A DNA stretch of 64,000 nucleotides from Octopus sinensis (Eukaryota): positions 153,264,001 to 153,328,000 of the forward strand of contig NC_043000.1 of assembly GCF_006345805.1 (NCBI RefSeq), in the 5' to 3' direction. Both the position numbers and the translations under genes were made by a program. Below the pieces are notes generated by a model. The model was given only the letters and a program-made list of their open reading frames with translations, was not told where the DNA came from and made no database searches. Each line of letters begins with the position of its first letter. The first letter of the stretch is position 1. This document shows positions 26,072 through 38,312 of this stretch, piece after piece.

Positions 26072-26870
26072 CAATTTGTCTTTTGTTGAGGAATACCATG
26101 TTTGAAATTATTTTCCGTTGAGACATGTCAAGTTTACTAAGGTAATGTGTTTGCAGAAAGGAGAGACGAATGAAAACCATTGCAGCCAGCTTGGCCCAAA
26201 GACTCATATAGCATGCTCGGTATCAGTAAATCTCTCGTGGAAGCGCCATCCAACCAAAATGCAAATATATGGGAAACTACCACCTGTGTCATCTCTTGTG
26301 AAAGGTAGGAGAGTCCAGTTTGCTGGACATTGTTGTAGAGCTGAAAAAGAGGTAATTTCTACTCTTCTCCTCTTGAAGCCATCTACTCGCAATACCAGAG
26401 GGCGCACACTCTCCTACCCTGATGTAATCTCCAGGGATACAGGCATCCAGCAACAGGACCTCCGTAATGCCATGATGGACCGTGATGTCTGGCGTAGCAT
26501 GGTAAATTCCATTGTCTCGACCACGGTCGAACAATGATGATGATGATCAGTAAAGTGTGCTTTACTGATATCAAGTGAAATGACCTTTCTTTCGACGAAA
26601 TTCTCAAGGCCTTGGGACATCTATCAAATGACAAGAATCTAACTCTATGGAAACCGAACTGGTGATCATTGTTGATGGGGAGGCACTTATGCTGCAAAAT
26701 ATTGCTCAACAATCTTCTCTTCTTGGATATGATTACAATTCCACGTTTGATATGTTGGGAACGAGAGCGATAGACTAAAAGCTGGAGGGATCAAAAAAGA
26801 TCTTTTTTCAAGGATGGGACTTACTGAGCCCTCTGTTGCGTTAGGTGAAGTCATCAGGATAAAACATCAC
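26072..26870 (-). mobile_element. Decayed CR1/L2/Jockey-group LINE reverse-transcriptase region, split by an RTE insertion
   Basis: Minus-strand pieces PILEKRSF..DPSSF*SIALVPNIS, NDHQFGFH, KVISLDISKA and FKHGIPQ follow the order of RT motifs (DPSNYRPI, QFGFR, LDISKAFD, GVPQGS). Confidence 0.8.
26231..26545 (+). mobile_element. RTE-clade LINE 3' fragment
   Basis: SWKRHPTKMQIYGKLPPV..DRDVWRSMVNSIVSTTVEQ* followed by (TGA)n; 9-bp TSD ATCAGTAAA at 26222-30 and 26546-54. Confidence 0.93.
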
Positions 26871-26882
26871 TTTATAGTAATG

Positions 26883-27303
26883 CTCTCTTTACTCTCTTTT
26901 ACTCTTTTACTTGTTTCAGTCATTTTGACTGTGGCCATTCTGGAGCACCGCCTTTAGTCGAGTAAATCGACCCAAGGATGTATTCTTTGTAAGCCTTGTA
27001 CTTATTCTATCGGTGTCTATCGCGGAGCCGCTAAGTTACGGGGCCGTAAACACACCAGCATCGGTTGTCAAGCGATGTTGGTGGTGGTGGGGGGGGGACA
27101 AACACAGACACACAAACATATACACACACACATACATATGTATACATATATATTCGACGGGCTTTTTTCAGTTTCCGTCTACCAAATCCAGCCACAAGCC
27201 TTTGGTCGGCCCGAGGCTATAGTAGAAGACACTTGCCCAAGGTGCCACGCAGCGGGACTGAACCCGGAACCATATGGTTGGTAAGCAAGCTACTTACTAC
27301 ACG
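26883..27303 (-). mobile_element. CORE-type SINE
   Basis: Matches 959-1451. Confidence 0.92.
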
Positions 27304-28036
27304 AAGTTAGTTTAATTTTTATCAAACATATGTTATGTACTTTAGAGACACAAGTACTAAATATTAGTGGTTCAAAATTAAGTGTTTCTTACATGAAATA
27401 TACGATACTCAGCTTAGTTGGAAAGAGGCTTTCGGCCAAAGCGTTCTGCACAAAATGTTTTATCCTTTTGAACCACACAAAGTAATGACAAGAGAAGACT
27501 TAAACTCTCTTTAACAAATTAGGCTTATCCTAATTGCCTTTCCAAACTGTTTTATCGTAACCAAGTTGTAAGCCATTTATATTTGACTAAATATTGATTC
27601 GCTTATTCCAGTCGAAGACAAGAAGTTTGTAGAAATAGAAGAGCATCACCTTAAATTACATTACAGTATTTAATACCATTTTACTAGAAACTTAGCTGTG
27701 TGGAAAATCGTTTCTAACCACCTGATGCGGGTTCGATTTCAATGCGCGGTATTTGGGCAGATAATTCCTACAATAAATGAAATTCCATTTCACATTAGAG
27801 TATTGTTCACTTATCTGAAACAGTATAGCAAATAGATACATAAACCTTTTCGCTTCTGTTGCTACTTAGTTTTCTTTTCTTCTGAAGTTTAATTAATGGA
27901 AAAACTAGGGATCATAAATGTTGTTCTTTTTCAGCGCTTGTAGAAAGCAGAGACAATTGCATACCAGATAGAGGTGATATTAATTCTATTGCACTTAACA
28001 ACAAAAACAACAACAACAACAATAGTAGTAGTAGTA

Positions 28037-28073
<37 letters not shown>

Positions 28074-28076
<3 letters not shown>

Positions 28077-28272
28077 TTTCAAATTTTGACACAAGACTAG
28101 AACTTTGGGGGAGGTAAGTCGATTAAATCGGCCTCAATGCTCAACTGGGACTTATTATATCGACCCCGAAAGGATTAAAGGCAAAATCGACCTCGGTGAA
28201 ATTTGAATTCAGAACGTAAAGACGGACGAAATGCCTCTAAACGTTTTGTCCGGTGTGCTAACGATTCCGCCA
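28074..28272 (-). mobile_element. SINE family M, tail B
   Basis: Reverse-complement head, B-box and central domain; the tail runs into (TAA)n. Confidence 0.88.
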
Positions 28273-28335
28273 TAATAATAAATACATTTTGGATATATAT
28301 TAAACGTATTTCTATAAGAACACACACAAAGCATA

Positions 28336-28822
28336 TGTATACATACATACATACATACATACATACATACATACATACATACATACATACATACATACAT
28401 ACATACATACATACCTACATACATACATACATACATACATACATACATACATACATACATACATACATACACACACTCACATATACATACAAACATACAT
28501 ACATACATACATACATACATACACATACATACATATATACATACATACATATATACATACACACACTCACATATATACATACATACATACCTACATACAT
28601 ACATACATACATACACATACATACATACATACATTCATACACATACATACATATATACCTACATACATACATACATACATACATACATACATACATACAT
28701 ACATTCATACACATACATACATATATACATACATACATATATACATACACACACTCACATACATACATACATACATACATACATACATACATACATACAT
28801 ACATACATACATACATACATAA
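28336..28822. repeat. (CATA)n microsatellite
   Basis: Direct reading of the sequence. Confidence 0.98.
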
Positions 28823-29070
28823 TCAATACATATATGCAATATATGCATTTACACACATACAGATGTAAATACACACGCATGTGTACGCACTGAAATATAA
28901 GTAGGCGTGCGAACAGTTACAGATGCACACACATGCATATACATATTTCTGTGCGAATGTGATTATTGTGTTTCTTGTAGAAATATGTTTAATATACTTC
29001 ATATAAGTATATATGTGTGTGTGTGTGTGTGCGTACGTGTGCGTGTGTGTATTCGCGTGTGTGTGTGTGT

Positions 29071-29630
29071 GTAGCCTGTATATATCTACATATATATACA
29101 TATATATTTATGTTTATATATGTAGGTATATATCTACATATATATGTGTTATTTATGTATGTATATGTATATGGGTGTATATATATATATGTGTGTGTGT
29201 ATGCGTGCGTGCGTGTGTGTGTGTGTAGCCTGTATATAAATACATATATATACATATATATTTATGTTTATATATGTAGGTATATATCTACATATATATG
29301 TGTTATTTATGTATGTATGTATGTATATGGGTGTATATATATATATATGTGTGTGTGTGTGTAGCCTGTATATAAATACATATATATACATATATATTTA
29401 TGTTTATATATGTAGGTATATATCTACATATATATGTGTTATTTATGTATGTATATGTATATGGGTGTATATATATATGTGTGTGTGTGCGTGCGTGCTG
29501 TGTGTGTGTGTGTAGCCTGTATATAAATACATATATATACAATATATTTATGTTTATATATGTAGGTATATCTACATATATATGTGTTATTTATGTATGT
29601 ATGTATGTATATGGTGTATATTATATATGT
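29071..29630. repeat. Minisatellite of about 136-154-bp units built from TA/GT motifs
   Basis: The unit marker GTAGCCTGTATAT recurs at 29071, 29225, 29361 and 29512. Confidence 0.92.
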
Positions 29631-30589
29631 GTGTTTGTGTGTGCGCGCATTTATGTATATGCGTGTTGTGTTGTGTATGTGTGTGTATGTGTGTGTGTCT
29701 ATGTGTGTGTGTGTCTGTGTGTCTGTGTGTGTGTGTGCAGACATTCAGAACAAGTTCAAAATATGAGGCTTATGTAAGCATTTACCGAAAAGATACCCCA
29801 CCACCATCCAGGGAGAATAATTATAAAGACAATAAGGAATCTTTGCAGTCCTCCACCTATTCTTTTACAAAAGATAAACAACAACCGCCATTACAATAAC
29901 AAAAAATCTCTTTCTCACCCCATACTACAACAACAAAAAAACAGAACTGAAACAACTACAACACCAATGATAGAACACGAAGAAAAAGAATTGGACACCC
30001 ACTCCCACAATATGTCACTTCGGTTTATTGATATTGTATGTGTTTCTATTTATGCTCGTGGTATATCTCCCGAAACGACCGGGATTCATATGCTATGTAA
30101 GTCTGGGTGCTAGACATTTGCGAATTCAGCTCTTTGACAAGAAGCCACTAAGTGTTCTTGCCCATTATTTCTTAATAAAGTTAAGCTTCCTCTTCTACAG
30201 TTTCATAAGCATACGTAAGTAAATATACTTATCTATACACATAGAAGTATGTGGAAAAGTATTCACATAGAAATATGTATACGATACGCAAAAATTTTTG
30301 AGCATGTATGTGAGTGTGTGTGTACGAACATACGCTTTTTATGTGAGCATGTTATATGCAGTAGGCTTTCGTCCTCAGACATAAATAATTAGAGCTAGGG
30401 GCCTAATCATCACGTCTCACTTTTTTCTTCTGCTTACTCCTATCTTTATGTACGTACGTACATATGTATGTACGTACATATGTATGTATGTTTGCATTTA
30501 TGCATGCATATATGTATCTACTTTTTTGTGTGTATGTGTATGTATATATATACATATATATTATATATATATATATATTATATATATAT

Positions 30590-30671
<82 letters not shown>

Positions 30672-30674
30672 TAT

Positions 30675-30707
<33 letters not shown>

Positions 30708-31226
30708 TATACATGTATACAATATAAATATCATCACACTCACTGATATGCATAACTATACATACATACATACATACATACATACATACTAAGGAGACAG
30801 AGAAGGAGAGAGATCGATAGGTACATAGATAGCGATAGACAGTTAAAGGAAGTGTGATGTGCACCATAACCTATTTAAACGAAGTAAATTGCATGGGAAA
30901 CCTTGTCTTCATCAACCGCTTCTTGTGACGTCTGCATAGCAGAGTTAATGGTAACGTTAGTGTTGACATACATGTTGCAGAGAACATTCTAGAGATAACT
31001 ACAAAAAATATTTATGCAGTGAGAGCAAACCAATATTAGTTGATGGTTAATATTATTTTCATTCTTGCAGCATGTACGGGAAACTACTCAAACGTAGTTT
31101 ACGCCTTGCTCTGACCTTATTAGCGAAACATAGCCTTCAAAGTATTTATTGACTCAATAATGAAGGCATCGTTGAGTAAATATACAATATATGCCTTTGT
31201 TTTATGTAGGAAAATAAAATTGTATC

Positions 31227-31626
31227 TCTTTACTCTTTTACTCTTTTACTTGTTTCAGTCATTTGACTGCGGCCATGCTGGAGCACCACTTAATCGAGCA
31301 ACTCGGCCCCGGGACTTATTCTTTTGTAAGCCCAGTACTTATTCTGCCGAACCGCTAAGTGACGGCGACGTAAACGCACCAGCATCGGTTGTCAAGCAAT
31401 GCTAGGGGGACAAACACACACACACAAACACACACACATATACATATATATATACATATATACGACAGGCTTCTTTCAGTTTCCGTCTACCAAATCCACT
31501 CACAAGGCATTGGTCGGCCCGGGGCTATAGCAGAAGACACTTGCCCAAGATGCCACGCAGTGGGACTTAACCCGGAACCATGTGGTTGGTAAACAAGCTA
31601 CTTACCACACAGCCACTGCTGCGCCT
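31227..31626 (-). mobile_element. CORE-type SINE
   Basis: Matches 959-1451. Confidence 0.93.
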
Positions 31627-32384
31627 ATGTAAATAAAGTATGTAAATAAAGTTTTCAGATGTATACCTCAATAAAAGTTATAGACAGCACTATAATGAAA
31701 AAATACATAATTTGACAGAGTTAGGAATGCACGAGACACCATGCATGTTAAGAGCTACCCGTGATGCAATGGTTTGTCGTAAGGAGTGTTCTGTGTTAGT
31801 CGGGTATACTACTATTTTCCACTTTCCAATATATTCATGTATACCTGAAGCACTTATAAGATACAGCTGTTGTTTCTCTGCTCTTATAACTATTTGTATA
31901 CATACCCACACATTACCAGAGGTGAGGGTTATATAGAAACTCCTACTTAGCACACATGAAAGTTTGTGAATTTGCATATTGAAGTTAATTACACGATCAT
32001 TAAAATTATTAGCAACATTACCACGTCTAAAATATTAGCTCTGTGGTGAGAAGTCGGTGCAGAATAACTGTGACTGTATCGCTTACAGGCATTTTTAGGT
32101 GCTGTTTCTTGAATCTACTTTGTTGGCTAAATTACATGAAAGTTTGAGCGTAACAATAAGTAATAGTAAATGAATAAGTAATATTAAATTGATAGAAAGT
32201 TTTAAATAACCGCTATACGACAGCAATTTCTACTGTAACTAGTAGAAGTCAATAGTTTGAACCAAATGTGTGTGGATCAAAGGTACACGATGTCCATAAC
32301 ACAAGAAGTGAACAACGCGATAGAAAATATAAAGAGATGCTTATCACACTAAACAAAATAAAAAGCTGACTTACAAATGTAGAT

Positions 32385-32620
32385 ATATAACGGGAAGCTT
32401 TATGAAAATAGACAAAAGACGAAGGCAGGTTTACGGAAATAAACAAAAGACGAAGGCAGGTGGAATACAAACAAACAATTGTATTAGTATGGCGCTCAGG
32501 AATTATAAATAAAACAAGTCTTTAACGTTTCGAGCCTACGCTCTTCAACAGAAAGATACACAGAGAGAGAAAAACACAGAAAGAAGGAGAGAAAAAAAAT
32601 ATGCGTGCAGAAGCTAGCGA
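32385..32620 (-). repeat. Penelope-like repeat family P1
   Basis: Minus strand CTGTTGAAGAGCGTAGGCTCGAAACGTT; internal duplication of ACAAAAGACGAAGGCAGG. Confidence 0.7.
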
Positions 32621-32871
32621 ATCAACATGGTGATCTGATTTCGGCCAGAGGTCAAAGATCAAACATGAGACGTAAACCTAAATACACATGATGTTAATCT
32701 AAATTAAAATTTAATGGTCATCACTAATGTATGTTCTGTGTAGCCCCAGCTTATGGAAAGCACGTTTGTGAATGTATGAATGTATGTATGTATGATGTAT
32801 GTATGTATGTATGTATGTATGTATGTATGTATGTATGTATGTATGCATGTATGCATGTATGTATGTATGTA

Positions 32872-33095
32872 TATTTATTCTTATTTATGCGCCCTTTTCA
32901 AGCCTAGCCAGGATCATGGGGCCGGTTTCCCGGTTTCTATGGCGCATGTGTTCCCCCCAGCTGGACGGGACACCAGTCCATCGCAGCTTTACTCAAGAAA
33001 CAGGAAGAAAGAGTGAGAGAAAGTTGGGATGAAAGAATACAAGAGGGGTCGCAACCACTCCCTGCCGGAGCATCGTGGAGCTTTAGGTGTTTTCG

Positions 33096-33097
<2 letters not shown>
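32872..33097 (-). mobile_element. SINE family V, head-less, tail 2
   Basis: Core GCGAAAACACCTAAAGCTCCACG, then GCTGCGATGGACTGGTGTCCCGTCCAG..GGCTTGAAAAGGGCGC. Confidence 0.88.
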
Positions 33098-33129
<32 letters not shown>

Positions 33130-33249
33130 CGAAAACACCTAAAGCTCCACGATGCTCCGGCATATATATATATATATAGGCGAAAACACCTAAAGCTCCA
33201 CGATGCTCCGGCAGGGAGTGGTTGCGACCCCTCTTGTATTATATATATA

Positions 33250-33686
33250 TATTCTTTATTTAAAGCAGCAGAAAATTCAACAAAACCTGTTACACTGAGT
33301 TTCACGTTCCCGTTCGTCGGAAAGTTTTTGCTAGTTTTGTTGTTTCTCTGCTCTTATAACTATTTGTATACATACCCACACATTACCAGAGGTGAGGGTT
33401 ATATAGAAACTCCTACTTAGCACATATGAAAGTTTGTGAATTTGCATATTGAAGTTAATTACACGATCATTAAAAATATTAGCAACATTACCACATCTAA
33501 AACATTAGCTCTGTGGTGAGAAGTCAGTGCAGAATAACTGTGACTGGTCCGACGAACGGGACCGTGAAACTCAGAGTAACAGGTTTTGTTGAATTTTGTG
33601 CTGCTTTAAATAAAGCATATTAATCTACCACTGGTATTTGAGTACTCTTTTTTTCATCTTGTTTCACATTTATGTGTTTACTCCGG
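33250..33686. mobile_element. Head-to-head pair of hammerhead-bearing P3 repeats bracketing a 208-bp copy of 31869-32076
   Basis: P3(-) at 33250-33334, duplicated DNA at 33339-33546, P3(+) at 33547-33686. Confidence 0.85.
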
Positions 33687-33689
33687 TAT

Positions 33690-33916
33690 ATATATATATA
33701 TATATATATGAAAAAACAAGTCAAAATAGAAAATGCTAAAATAATTTTATAAAGAACATTTCAGTACCGGTTTCGGACATTTTGAGACCTTTTCAACTGT
33801 AACGATTAAATAATTAAATTTAGAAAAATTAGAAGGAAAGTTTTTTTAAAGGAATATTTGTATAGTGTTCAAGTATAAGTGGCATTCTGCCTTTCTCTGA
33901 CTCCCTTGTTTGCACT

Positions 33917-33930
<14 letters not shown>
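33690..33930 (-). mobile_element. Short Penelope-like repeat with a minimal hammerhead variant (U3-A8 core) between (TA)n tracts
   Basis: Minus strand at 33759-33803: TTACAG-TTGAAAA-GG..CC-GAAA-CCGG-TA-CTGAAA. The element extent is approximate. Confidence 0.55.
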
Positions 33931-33956
<26 letters not shown>

Positions 33957-35602
33957 AAGAAGAAGAAGAAAATGGAGATTGTGAAGTTAATAAGAGTTTA
34001 TTATCAACAGCAAATCGAACATTATCCCTTACAGCTGTTTTAATTATACACAGTGAATTAATTAGATATTAAGTTCATATTTCTGAGCATAACTTCAGAG
34101 GGGGAAAAAATATGCCCTTAGACGTTTTATATGTTTTATATGTTCGTTTGCATGGTTTTTATATTTCTTTATGAATTTATTATAGCAGACTGTTTGCTAT
34201 AATAAATCCATAAACAAACATATAAAACAGCTAAGAGAATTTTTTTTTTTTTTTCTGAAGATATTATGTTCAGAAATATGAACTTAACATTTAATTAATT
34301 CACTGTGTATAATTGAAACACCTGTAAGGAATATTGCTTGTTTTGGTGTTGATAATAAGCGCTTAATAACTTCAGAATTTCCATTTTCTTCTTATATATA
34401 TATACCTATTATTTTAAGGAAACCAGTTAACCCCAAAATATTAGGTATAGAATCAGTATTTCCTTGGATGACACCATCCCTTTGTGAAGCTAACATAACT
34501 TCTAATCGAATTTTATATATGTGTGTGTGTGTGTGTGTGCGTGTGTGTGTGTGTGTGTGTAGTGATACATCTGTTTGTTGTCTACACCTGTCTTCGTCTT
34601 TTGTTTTTTTCCTGATCTCTCCCTATATATATATATATATATATTCTTTTATTCTTTTACTTGTTTCAGTCATTTGACTACGGCTATGCTGGAGCACCGC
34701 CTTTAGTCGAACAAATCGACCACAAAACTTATTGTAAGCCTAGTACTTATATTATCGGTTCTTATTTTATCCTCTTTCTCTTTGATTTTCGAAGAGATAT
34801 TCACATCGGTAAGGCAGCTGACTTGTATGACGACGCATAAACTTAGATAAACTTAGATATGTTTCGACCAAAGATTGGTCCAAGCCATGTCTAACTTAAT
34901 AGCACCACCTGATAGGATTATTTGAATCCTGTTTAAGTCAAGTTTTGTTTATGGTGCATACTTCTTTTGTTTGTCCTAAACAACTATATCCGATCTGTTA
35001 AGTATTCACATGGTAGAAGTGTTTAAGGTAACGTTCCATCAATATACACTTTGTATTCAAAACAGAAGGATACTCTATATCCCAGTGCAGTCATCCAAAA
35101 TGACGGCACAGATTGTTAATGCTGTCTCCAAGTTATGTTTCCCATCTGAATGGCTGCCGTTTGCTAATTTCCTAAGCTCGTGCTCTGCACGTTTCTTCTA
35201 GTTGCTCTTTAAAAGTAGTAGCAGCTGTGCATTGGAATGTACTAATTTTCCAGTAACTAATATCACATGATTCCAACAACATCATCGATAACTTTTAACA
35301 TGTGAGCAGTTGGCATTTTCTTTCACTTCGTTAAGAATGGCTTGTCACTCAGCTGTGGCTTCAAAACGTTAAGTTGATAATATCCCGCAGTTGTCTCCGT
35401 CAAATCGGTAACATGTGGAAATGTACGAGAGTTTAATGACAGCGAGAGCCGTTTGTTTATATCATTTTCCGATTTCTCTAATGGTAGATTTTCACCGGTT
35501 CTCTAGATTTTGAGAACACCGATTAGTATCACGAGAATTACAATAACCATTGGTATCTGTGACAGCCGCCGTCCTTTGTTTTTGAGCTTTTATATTTTGA
35601 GG

Positions 35603-36026
35603 TTACTCATTACTCTTTTTACTCTTTTACTTGTTTCAGTCATTTGACTGCGGCCATGCTGGAGCACCGCCTTTAATCGAGCAACTCGACCCCGGGACTT
35701 ATTCTTTTGTAAGCCCAGTACTTATTCTATCGGATTCTTTTGCCGAACCGCTAAGTAAGGGGGACATAAACACACCAGCATCGGTTGTCAAGCAATGCTA
35801 GGGGGACAAACACAGGCACACAAACACACACACGCATATATATATATATATATATATATATACGACGGGCTACTTTCAGTTTCCGTCTACCAAATCCACT
35901 CACAAGGCTTTGGTCGGCCCGAGGCTATACCAAAAGACACTTGTCCAAAGTGCCACGCAGTGGGACTGAACCTGAAACCATGTGATTGGTAAGCAAACTA
36001 CTTACCACAGAACCACTCTTGCGCCT
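35603..36026 (-). mobile_element. CORE-type SINE
   Basis: Matches 959-1451. Confidence 0.93.
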
Positions 36027-36113
36027 GTGTATATGTGTATATGTACACACGCGCGCACGCACACACACATATACATATACACGCATGTATAGATAGATAG
36101 ATAGATAGATAGT

Positions 36114-36146
<33 letters not shown>

Positions 36147-36148
36147 GA

Positions 36149-36217
<69 letters not shown>

Positions 36218-36389
36218 CATTTGTAAATAATTTCAAACCATCTGAGTAATTGAATTTTCATTTACTAGTACCACTTCTAAACTGTTAGAAAAACTCTCAC
36301 AAAAAAAAAAAGCTTTGATTCTTTTACATTCGTTGTGTTATTGTCGTTGTGGTTGTTTAACCTTTTATCAGCCCTGATTGAGAGAATAT

Positions 36390-36520
36390 GTTAGTTAGTT
36401 AGTTAATTTGGCTCAAAAGCAAATAGCAAGGCCATGTAGGGGGACATGGAGTTAAGTACAGGGTGGTGTTCATGTAAAGAGTTCAGGCCACTTGAGGTCC
36501 AGGGAGGCTTTGAACAAGCC
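36390..36520 (-). mobile_element. CR1-clade LINE extreme 3' end
   Basis: Near-identical to 56914-57030, including the (TAAC)n tail. Confidence 0.85.
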
Positions 36521-37294
36521 TTTTTATGTAATAAAAACGTTCTAATCAAGGACTACTTTATCTAATGTGGTTTTTGAACACAATTGGGCGTTATTTCTAG
36601 CATGTCAAGTGATCTTACAGAGCATCTTTGGGAAGTTCATATTCTTATAAATTCTCATAGTTAACTCAGCTTCATGGAGCCTGTTCTAACCTTCTTCAGG
36701 CTACGGAAATAATTTCGGAAATGTCACTTGTGAATAACAATCGGCTTCCTCTCTGTCGTACCGCGCCGTCTACTTTCGATTCTCGTTTGTTGCCCAGTTT
36801 GCCGGGGGTGTGCTTCACTTCCGTAGTATGAGTAGAAGAAAGTTCCATCAAGCTGACTTGAGTATGTGGGTTTATAGGAATATGAACGTGCAAATGAAGA
36901 ATATTTCATTATATCACACGATAGTAGCCTCTTACTACATTACTCTCTGTTGAGTTAAAAATGAGGCATTGTGTAAAGCAAGCTTACATTAAAAGAATTT
37001 TCAATATAAGTTTTGTAAATTAGGGCTTATTCAGGCTATGAATATGGTTTTTTCCAGTTTTATCCAATGCGTTAGTTTGCGGTAAAAATTTCAGTGTCAC
37101 TCTTCCAATTAAAAGAGTATTAAAATTAAAGTCAAGTATATATGTGTGTATACATAGATACATACATACATACATACATACATACATACATACATACATA
37201 CATACATACATACATACATACATACATACATACATACATACATACATACATACATACATACATACATACATACATACATACATACATACATACA

Positions 37295-37533
37295 TGTGTG
37301 TGTGTCTTGAGAGAGAGAGAGGGAGATGGGACGCCTGTCCGTCGCAGGTGAGCTGCAAGAGGCAGGAGGATAGAGTGAAAGCTGTGGCGAAAGAGTCAGC
37401 AGAAGTTCGCCATTACCTTCTTCCGGAGCCGCGTGGAGCTTAGGTGTTTCGCTCATAAACACACACATCTGAGATCCGAACCCGTGATCCCTCGAGTCTG
37501 CTGCTCTAACCACTAGGCCATGTGCCTCCATTA
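37295..37533 (-). mobile_element. SINE family V, diverged, tail-2-like
   Basis: Head GGAGGCACATGGCCTAGTGGTTAGAGC, core GAGCGAAACACCTAAGCTCCACG, then CCTGCGACGGACAGGCGTCCC. Confidence 0.85.
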
Positions 37534-38094
37534 ATCACTTTCATTAGCATATAGGCATGACATTTTCTTTCAAATGTCTTTGACGAAGCTATAAGGTATT
37601 GCACTGCCGCTCAAATTTAGGTGCATGGTTCCTTATAGCAAAAAGCGCAGTGAGTTGATGAAAGTGATTACGTAACTCTTGTTCCTTTGTCATTTATATT
37701 TCACTCTGTACAGTCGTACTGCTTCACATAAGAGTGTGAAGGGGAGAACGTCTAACTGCTTATATTTGCTCAAATACTCTGAAGTGTAAATATATAGAGC
37801 TAGAACTCAATATATTGATTTGGTACCAAAATATGGATTTTGGTACAGGCCTGGCAAAGTAGAATCATAATATAATGTGTGCGTGTTTGAGTGCTAGTGT
37901 GTGTGTATGTGTGTGTGTGTGTGCGTTTGCATATATAAACGATCATTCTTTTATTATTTTTATTTCATTTGTATCTTGCTCAATTACTTCAGCTGTTTGA
38001 TTACTAATCAGTGTCTGTGGTATAGGATTTGTGATTAGTTCTGTTATGTTCAAGAACATTTTAATTATCAAATAATCCATTTCATATACATATA

Positions 38095-38312
38095 ATCCTT
38101 TCTAAAATTGGTACAAGGGCAGCGATGTAAGAGGAAGGTGTTTAATCGATCACATTCATCTCAGTACTTGACTGACACTTTTTTCATCGACCCCCTAAGT
38201 ATGAAAAATAAAACTGACCTCAGCGGGATTTGAGCTCAGAACTTAAAGTACCGAAAGAAATACCGCCAAGCATTTTATCCGGTAGGCTAACCATCGGCAG
38301 CTGATCGCCTTA
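38095..38312 (-). mobile_element. SINE family M, tail B (diverged)
   Basis: Reverse-complement similarity to 13566-13785. Confidence 0.8.

Noticed and set aside
29071-29630. CRISPR-like or protein-repeat interpretation of tandem units
   Set aside because: No unique spacers, no cas genes, eukaryotic context; the units are simple-repeat mosaics.
35000-35560. Possible retrotransposon gag relic on the minus strand
   Set aside because: Only vague similarity (EHELRKL, RQPFRWET) with many stops; not supportable.
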